Source: Octopus vulgaris (lineage: Eukaryota). From it: DNA of 64,000 bases. Under the pieces are notes generated by a model that saw only the letters and a program-made list of their open reading frames with translations, ran no database searches and was not told the origin of the DNA. The position numbers were made by a program, and so were the translations under genes. Below are positions 55,026 to 64,000 of the stretch, in pieces. Position 1 is the first letter of the stretch; every line of letters begins with the position of its first letter. The stretch lies in the NCBI GenBank assembly GCA_951406725.2, contig OX597829.1, positions 6,696,001 to 6,760,000 on the forward strand, in the 5' to 3' direction.

Positions 55026-55657
55026 CCTAGTCTCGCACGGAGCAGTCTTGAACAAAGCAGACGTTCATAGAATTTTATTTAACATTTTGTGTACACCCTG
55101 AAGTGGGAAGAGATGTGATGCGGATATATTCTCTGGGGAAATTTATTATAGTAAACAAAGGGAAACCATCCAAACTTGTTATTTTCTGTTCCCAGATAAA
55201 GAACTGAATACTTATTTGTTGTTGAAGATGCGCAGAGCAGAGAAATGCAAGCGTCGTGCAGTCCGATAGAATCGTCAACAGCCGATTGTGTTTTCATATT
55301 GTCTTCGAGGAATGACTTCTCCCGAGAATATTTCTGTACTAATGATCTCCCTACCTTCCGAGTTTACACGAACAAATTAAATATGACAATATATTTTATT
55401 CAACGCTGCTTCGTGCGACTTTGATGCGTTTGTTGTGATTTGACCAAGTTTTAGGCATGTCAGAAAATATATTATTTTCTTTTCGTATATATAAACCCTA
55501 AATTCCCTGTAGGGCCGTGAAATACGGCTTCCGTGAAAAATACAGAAATGCTTGCGTTCTACAATTCGATGATATCATTAATATCTAATATCTTCTAAGA
55601 AAATTTCTATTGCGAAAGAAATCTTCCTATGTCAAAAGCACACGGTATATAGACTAG

Positions 55658-55740
<83 letters not shown>

Positions 55741-57166
55741 TGTATATGTGTCTGCCTAGACAGATTTATCAACTGGATATTTATTACATTTAATCCACAT
55801 TATTACCAGCAGCTTAATTTAAGTTGCCTTTATGTGGAACATTTATTGCTAACCAAAACTCTGCCGACCTGCCAAAAATAAATGCTTTATCTACCTCAAA
55901 TCTCACATCGTATATAAAACACATTTGAGTTCCAAATGCCCATGATAAAAAAAAAGGACAGGAATGAGGTTGATCCTGGTTGGAATGCCTCCGAACCAAA
56001 GGCTCCTTTACCAAGCTTGACAAGGAGCTAAAGAAAACAATAATAAAATGGACTTTGCATCTTCGTTCCAGTAATTGAAAATATGATATCTCCAATCAAA
56101 TTTTGACGAAGACAAACAAATATATAATTATGTCACACAGAAAAAGACAAACATAAAGAAGAAACAAATATTGCAATTAATTTAAAGGTAGAAGTAGAAT
56201 ATCTGTTCTAAACAGATTGTAGGTGGTTTGTATCACGTGTAAGAAGTTTGTTGTATGTATTTTTTTCCGTGTGCACGTGTATCTCTGTTCACGCGTGCGT
56301 GTGTGAGTAAATACATATATATATATATATATATATGAATGAATGAAAGAATGAGCTTATGTGTAATTGTATTTGTATGCGTATTTATGCGGTTGTGTGC
56401 AAATGAGTCACTATATGCGTGTGTGTGTGTGTGTACGTGCGTATGTGTACGTGTGTGTAAGTTGCGTGGGCTTATCAAAAATGGGTTCCTGTCTCAATTA
56501 GCTTTGTGCTTTTATTATAATCCCCTGCTCCGCCCGTACCCATTTCCTCTATGACTTTAATATAAACGTCAGTAATTGAATGATTAGGGAGACATGACCC
56601 TAACATCTTGTGCAAGGCACGGTGTTAGAAGTTTCTTAATCTAGCCCAATTGCATTTGAACAGATGTCTTCAAATGTCTTAGGTATTGTTTCAGCAACGG
56701 AGAGGTTTAGAAGAAACACACCCACTCAATTATACGCAAAATCACGCATGCACGCACACACGCACACACACAGAAAACACATACACACACGCACACACGC
56801 ACACGTAAACACAATACAACTCAAACAGACGCTAACACATGCATGTATATTCAATTTTAATAAAATCTCCAAACTCTGTGTTATTTAAGCACATTTTTAC
56901 GGCGGTATGCGACATTTTAATTAAGGAAAGCAGTGTATCCTGACAAAAATAATGCTAAATGGTGGAAATGATTTTGAATTTGATGCACACACAGACACAC
57001 ACACACACATATGCTCACACATACACATGCAATTATTCAAACGCGCGCACGCACACTTATATGTGTGTCTATATATACACATATACATACACACATACAC
57101 ATGTATGCATATATATAGACACACGCACGCACATATATGTGTATACATATTTATATATATATAAAT

Positions 57167-57198
<32 letters not shown>

Positions 57199-57303
57199 GT
57201 ATATATATGTATATATATATATGTATATATATGTATATATATGTATATATATATATATGTATATATATGTATATATATGTATATATATATATATATATGT
57301 ATA

Positions 57304-57358
<55 letters not shown>

Positions 57359-57694
57359 GCACACACATATGCATGTAGACATACCGGAATTCTAGGTAAT
57401 GCTGACATATATGTATCTACATACGTCGAAAGAAAAAGGCATCGTTCATCCTTTGGACTGATGAGCAAACCGTATAATTTTATTTGGTCCTCGTCGACCA
57501 ATGAGAAATGGTTATTATAATCGAGAATGAGAGACAGAGTGTGATAGAACTGAACTAACAGAAGCTCGGCAAAATGTAAATATCTTGAACGTCCGCAGGT
57601 AATTCTATTTCAAAAGATTGTATCCTTACATTCATTCATCCATACGTAGATCTGTCCATATATCTATCTGTCTGTCTGTCTACCTATATATATA

Positions 57695-57850
57695 TTTCTC
57701 TCCTTGCTTCTTTTCTGTGTATCTTTCTGTCGAAGAGCGTAGGCTTGAAATGTAAAAGACTTTTTCTATTCCTGAGCGCTATATTGATACATCTTTTTGT
57801 TTGTACTCCACCTGCCTTCGTCTTTTGTTTATTTTCGTAAACTTTCCCTT
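57695..57850 (+). mobile_element. Short repeat family C with hammerhead variant (57723-57758)
   Basis: CTTT-CTGTCGA-a-GAGC gtag GCTT-GAAA-TG-TA-AAAG; ends ...actttcccttt(AT)n. Confidence 0.65.
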
Positions 57851-57867
57851 TATATATATATATATAG

Positions 57868-58286
57868 GACGTCCCTCACGACGCCTCAAGACTGCTTCCA
57901 CACATTTTCCTCATTCATCTCGATCTTCCGTAATGGTCCTCAGTTTCTGCATCCTTTCCTTACTAGTATCCTCCCGCAAGCTCTCAATATAGGTCGTCTT
58001 TCTCCTTCCTCTCCTGGTTCTTCCTACCGGTGGTTGTCAGAGCACTAACTTGTTAGCAATTTCATCGGTATGTCTGATGCAGTATTCAGCTAGTCTCACC
58101 TTTTATGGTCTATCTTCAATGTTACATTTGCTATGCGTCAGTGTTTGCTATATGACTCTTCCAGGAGACATTGAGAGCCATTCTAAGCATTCTCGCATAA
58201 CAATCATCCAACTGCTTCTTGAATGCTTTAGTGAGCGCCCATATTTCAGCCCCGTATAGAAGAGAAGATTCCACTGTTGCCAGAAT
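57868..58286 (-). mobile_element. RTE-clade LINE fragment
   Basis: [45 protein letters not shown]. Confidence 0.85.
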
Positions 58287-58287
58287 G

Positions 58288-58289
<2 letters not shown>

Positions 58290-58365
<76 letters not shown>

Positions 58366-58975
58366 CATATGTATATATATATATGTATATATATATATAT
58401 TTATATATATATATATACACATATATATGTATGTATATATATATATTTATATATATATATATACACATATATATGTATGTATATATATATATTTATATAT
58501 ATATATACACATATATATGTATGTATATATATATATTTATATATATATATACACATATATATGTATGTATATATATATATTTATATATATATATATACAC
58601 ATATATATGTATGTATATATATATATTTATATATATATACACATATATATGTATATATATATATATTTATATATATATATACACATATATATGTATATAT
58701 ATATATTTATATATATATATACACATATATATGTATGTATATATATATATATTTATATATATATATATACACATATATATGTATGTATATATATATACTT
58801 ATATATATATATACACATATATATGTATGTATATATATATATTTATATATATATATACACATATATATGTATGTATATATATATATTTATATATATATAC
58901 ACATATATATGTATGTATATATATATATTATGTATGTATATATATATATATATATATACATATATATGTATGTAA
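58290..58975. repeat. TA-derived minisatellite with ~40-nt higher-order unit
   Basis: Repeating (TA)n-CACATATATATGTATG-(TA)n-TT. Confidence 0.9.
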
Positions 58976-59022
58976 ATATATGAAAGAATGGAGTTGAACG
59001 ACGAATTAACAAAATTCCTTTA

Positions 59023-59105
59023 TTTTCGACATATGTTTCGAAGGCTGCATATTCCTAATTGCGAAGGAATAAGGAGTATATTATGCCGCTTTCTCATCAG
59101 GAAAA
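59023..59105 (-). ncRNA. Type-I hammerhead ribozyme motif in an inverted PLE pseudo-LTR
   Basis: TTTTC-CTGATGA-GAAAGCGGCAT...ATGCAGCCTTC-GAAA-CATATG-TC-GAAAA: canonical core, G10.1-C11.1 pair, GUC site, palindromic stem III. Confidence 0.8.
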
Positions 59106-59189
59106 GCAAGGAACTTATGTCAACATCAAGATGCACGAAAAACTTTTAGATGACTGCTCACACGGAGCTCATAGTAATAATCACTATCT

Positions 59190-60325
59190 GACAGGATGTA
59201 TAATAGGCAGTATGGGCGTACTGTCCCTTATACCCATCCATTGATGTTGAATTTTGCTGTGGAGAAATATATGGAGAAATGTATATCAACAATGCTGATG
59301 ATCTAGACAACGTTAATGATCTAGAAGCTAACATTTTGGAGAGCATCCAGCAAATAACTAACTCCATGCATCAGAGTATAGAAATAACGATAGACTGCTC
59401 TAGTAAGCATCCTAACTATAGATAACCTGTTTTAGATACTGAACTCTGGCTAGAAACGAAGAACAGTAAGGTTCAGATCCTTCACTCTCATTTCTCCAAA
59501 CCCATGGCCTCTAAATAACTTGTTCTCAAGAACGCAGCGATTGCGGACAACGTCAACTACAACATTCTGAAAGATGACTTAGAGAAAGTGATGAGGTATG
59601 TGTCTGGCATGTGCGATCCTGTGGAATTGGAAAGACACATACAACACTTCATCCACCACATGCAGTTCTCTGGCTACAACTACAGGGACAGGATGAGAGT
59701 GTAAAAAGCAGCCAGGAGGACTAAGTACAAAGCCATCATAGGGAGTGACGCTAAGGAGATTTGCTCGCTGCACAGGAGTAAATCCTAGAACAGCCGGGAA
59801 AGAACCAGTAATAAGATAGATAAGGCCAACACTTGGTATGGCAGCAAAAAATTCCAGAGTGTCCTATGCGGCGAACCAGCATGCCTTTTTAGAAAACATT
59901 AATTAAAGCTAATCTACGAATTAAAGTAGTGGAAAGGCCTGGCGCCCCTTTAAATTTCCTAATCTGCAATACCTATCACTTTGATAAGTACCCCTGTATG
60001 GAGTACAATTGTGTTGTATGTAGGATGAACCCACGGGTTAATTGTAAGGTTAGGAATGTAGTGTGTAGCTTACGATGTACTGAGGGATAGTGCAGAAACC
60101 TGACAACTACCTACATCGGGGGGACTGCACGCAGTATAGGAGCGCATACAGGTGGATCTTGGCGAGAGCTCAATAAAGGGAAAAGCTCGTCAGTACTTTA
60201 CCAACATACTCATGGAACAATTAATAACATAGAGGTTAAAATACTATCGACAAATAGACAGATTACAGAAGCTACATACATAACTGTAGACAGACCGAAC
60301 GTCAATAGAAAACATGAATGGAACA
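59190..60325 (+). mobile_element. Decayed Penelope-like element (RT C-half plus GIY-YIG endonuclease)
   Basis: PVLDTELW, HFSKPMAS, QFSGY, then NCVVC...NCKVRNVVCSLRC...YIGGTARSIG and RQITEATYI...NRKHEW. Confidence 0.85.
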
Positions 60326-61034
60326 GTAACACCCACCACACCACGTGACTAAAGACAGTAGGGATGTGAAGAGAGAGGAAGGAAAACGAGAAAAGGATAA
60401 AATGGGAGGAGAGAGAGAAAGGGACAAAAGGGGAAGGGAAGAAACGTAAATGATACACAGATACGTACTGAGCAATATACACTCAATAGACATATATGCA
60501 CTTACCTGTGATACGAATGAGAAATAGAGACAGGTGCAAAAAACAGATGAATGGAATAGATAAATAAACGAATGTCTAAATATATCTGCCACGTACCTGC
60601 GATAAATGAGAGACAGAGACAGATAAGGTAAATATATAAAACAATATGAAGGGCATGGATACATTCGAAACAAACGCATACATACACACAAACACACACA
60701 CACATGAAATCTCATGAACGGCCTTATGGTGTTAATAATGCAATTAACACGGTCAGCAGTAGCAGCAGCAGCGGTGCCGACGACAACAGTAACAACAACA
60801 AAACTACCACGATGCCAACACCGTGGATTAACACATATAAAGAAAGGAATTGAGGCACTGTAACTTCCACCCACCCGCCATTTTTTCTCCGGTCTTAGGA
60901 CAGCAGTAGCATACTGGGGTGAGAGGTTGGGGCCGAGGGCTGCTGCTAAAAGCTATTACACACATACACACAAGCATACACACACACACACACACACACA
61001 TACATATACACACACAGTCACACACACACACACA

Positions 61035-61069
<35 letters not shown>

Positions 61070-62619
61070 GAACAAAATCGCATGCGCACACATCTTAAAA
61101 GAACAGAATGGAGTGAGTGGAGCAAGAACACACACGGAAACGTCAAGTGTCGCTGAAGAGGTCACAGATGTGTGACGAAAGATTTCCGGAGAATGGACAG
61201 GCATTAAAATAATAAAATAACAGCAATAAACGAATGAAGAAAAAGAAAATATATATAGTGCGTGTGTTAATTTGGTAAAAATAAATTAAAATAACAAATA
61301 AATAAAAATGTTAGCCGTGGCAACCGGACGTGTTTTTCATTGCTCTGTTTAGTAAGTATTTAAAGAAACAGAAACCATATCAACTCAAACATCTCTGAAT
61401 TTTAATTCCTAATTCTTACGAAAACTGAGATTAGAAATCAACAAAAGATTAACTCTGACCCCATACATCCTGCAATAACCTGTGGAAAACGAAATGATTT
61501 CTCGTGAGTACAATATAAATTTCTCTGGTGATTCTAATGAATATATACGCACGTACACATGCATCCTGCGATTTTATTAAATTCATAGAGCACTCAGAAT
61601 TTATACACAGACTTTTCACTTCACACTCATATATCCCTGTTGAAAACTCTCCCTTTAAAACTAACGGCCACATATACACGACTATATGTATCAAATTATC
61701 ACAGAATTTCGCAAAACTCAAACACCCTTCACTTTCAAACTGCAGATTTCCTCATCAAAGCAAAAATTTCTGCATTATCATGTGCATATATTTTATCTTC
61801 AAGCATCTGTAAATATTCATCTCAAATACAAATACAGTCTACACTACTACTTCACTACTGTTGCATACGTTTCTACATAACTGAACACTAACACAAGGAG
61901 TAAATCAATAATATACAAATATATTTTAAAAGAAAACTCTAAGATAAACAAAATTGGTCTGAGAATGTAATAGACCTTCTGATAATTTCACGGTATTGTC
62001 TTGCCCAAATGGAAAACATAGATACATCATGCCGCGACCTAATAGCCAGACGTAGAATTCTACTTTTCAGAAATCGCTCCGTGAAACAGATTCAAAACAA
62101 ACTTAAACAAACAGAAATGGCATTTAAATTAATTAGTAGACATTTTGTAAAACTCCAACGCGTCTTCTCTTCAAATACTGGTCAACACCACCAACAACAA
62201 CAACAACCATCACCGCAACAACAAAAACAGCCACGGCAACAACAGTAACCACCTCGGCAAAAAAAAAAACCAGCCACAACAACCATCATAGCAACAACAA
62301 CGTCCACCTCAGCAAAAACAACAATCACCAAGGCAACAACAACAACATCTGCAGCAGGAACAACTAACCAGTCTCAAACCTTAACACTCCTTAATTCAAC
62401 TACAATTGATGACCTACTTAATGAAACGGTCAGTTTCTCAGATTCCAGCAATTCACGCCCCATTCAACTAGAGTTTGTTACCTACCCATCAAAACCTTTA
62501 GCAGCATCAACGATTACAGCAACAACATTAACAATTACAGCTACAACAACCACCTCAAAAGCAGCAACAGACACAGCTTCAACCTTCTACAATCCCAGTT
62601 TGTGATCAACCGACTAAAT

Positions 62620-63540
62620 GCTTACTTGAAGACCCATAAATGAATTTGCCAGACACAAATGTACACAAATTAAAATCTATGCCCCTCACTGCCAACACAC
62701 GAAACCCCAAAATATGCCGCTATTCACTACGCAAGAGGTTGTGAACTGACACTAATTGCAAATTCCCTCGGGCGACTCCCTAGTGCCATCCAACAATAAC
62801 AGAGACTTTGGAGTGATTGTTGATAACAATCTAAATAGCAATATATAGCAAGGTTGACTTGGCCCGCGAAATGTGCTGCTGGATTCTGAGAACTTACCGG
62901 TCTAGAGATGTCTACACCGCCATCCTTCTCTACTCCACCTTTGCTCGATACCACTATGAATACTGTTGCCCAGTGTGCCTTCCCCCACCCATACGAAGTA
63001 ACTCATTATGAAAATGGAAGCACTCCAGAGGTCAATCACAAGAAAGATAGATGGCATGGGAGGCATTGACTATCGGGGTTGACTAAAAGAACTCAGTCTC
63101 TACTCTCTCCAACGCCGTCGGGAGCGCTACATCCTTTGTATGATGGGGAAAATATTCCACCAATATTGCACAAATAATGTTGGCACCGACTTTAAAATCC
63201 ATCCAAGACTTGGTCCAGTGCTATCCGTCCATTACAGAAATCGAACTCGGTACACATAACAATATTACGTCACAATAAGTTTAACTCAACCGGTCTAGCT
63301 CTCTTTAGTACCAAAATACATCAAAACGGAAACGGATCCCATAAAATTTAAATGTTCACTGGACAAATTTCTTCAAAGAATCCCGGACCAACTTCCTACA
63401 CCCCGTTATGTCTCCAACAGTAATAATTTCTTGCTAGAGTTGGCTATGGTGCCCCATATATGAGTAAAAGACTTCACCAGATGGTACTATTCAGTTAGAC
63501 ATAACCTGGGCCTATACTAGCCGCAACCTATCAAAGTTAT
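62620..63540 (+). mobile_element. Decayed CR1-type LINE 3' fragment
   Basis: CAAGF/WILRT, HYEYCCPV, MEALQRSITRKIDGM, LKELSLYSLQRRRERY, LDKFLQRIPDQ. Confidence 0.85.
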
Positions 63541-63760
63541 CAATGACCAACCCGAAGTATGACAATATATGTTACAACACATGATTTCACATCAGGAATA
63601 TTGCAAAATGAATTGTGAAACGTTAGATAAATATAAACGCACACACACACACACATACACACACGCATACACACACGCACGCACACACACACACACACGC
63701 ACACACAGACATATATATATACGCATGTATATGTATATGTATATATATATATATATTATA

Positions 63761-63800
<40 letters not shown>

Positions 63801-64000
63801 GTTATATGTATATACAGAGGATAGAGAGGAAGAGATGCATTCGAGGATTTTTTAGACTTTTTTTATTGTGAAGCATTTATTAAATTCAATGATGTATAAA
63901 AGTCAAACTTCTTACAAAGTAAGATTGATTGATATCAATGCACTTATTGTGGTACTCCAGCTACTTTGTAAAGGTCTCGTAGATGTCATCCAACACAAAG

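Noticed and set aside
62180-62600. Gln/Thr-rich coding-like stretch
   Set aside because: Degenerate (CAA)n low-complexity sequence with stops; no domain or splice evidence

Overview
AT-rich eukaryotic genomic DNA dense in microsatellites and transposons. The SINE families and (TA)n/(TACA)n/(GATA)n load suggest a coleoid cephalopod, probably Octopus (inference). No intact host gene is visible, and most ORF-track entries are microsatellite translations. Recognisable elements: one young 5'-truncated CR1-type LINE with an open 603-aa RT ORF (14696-16507), three decayed CR1-type copies, R4/Dong-like and RTE fragments, two Tc1/mariner relics, two decayed Penelope-like elements (PLEs), many tRNA-derived SINEs, and possible decayed LRR/TIR (Toll-like receptor) remnants. 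The main signal is a set of short non-coding repeats carrying minimal type-I hammerhead ribozyme (HHR) motifs, read by eye: about 20 intact, variant or decayed motifs. Three elements (13551-14309, 23688-24130, 41868-44245) share one architecture: more than one head-to-tail monomer (~546, ~255, ~562 nt) with one HHR per monomer, an inverted segment at the 5' side, and a common CCCTCA-containing 3' end fused to a microsatellite. This fits retrozyme-like circular RNAs mobilised by PLE machinery and targeted to (TA)n. All folds and alignments were done by eye, many boundaries are approximate, and ribozyme activity is untested.
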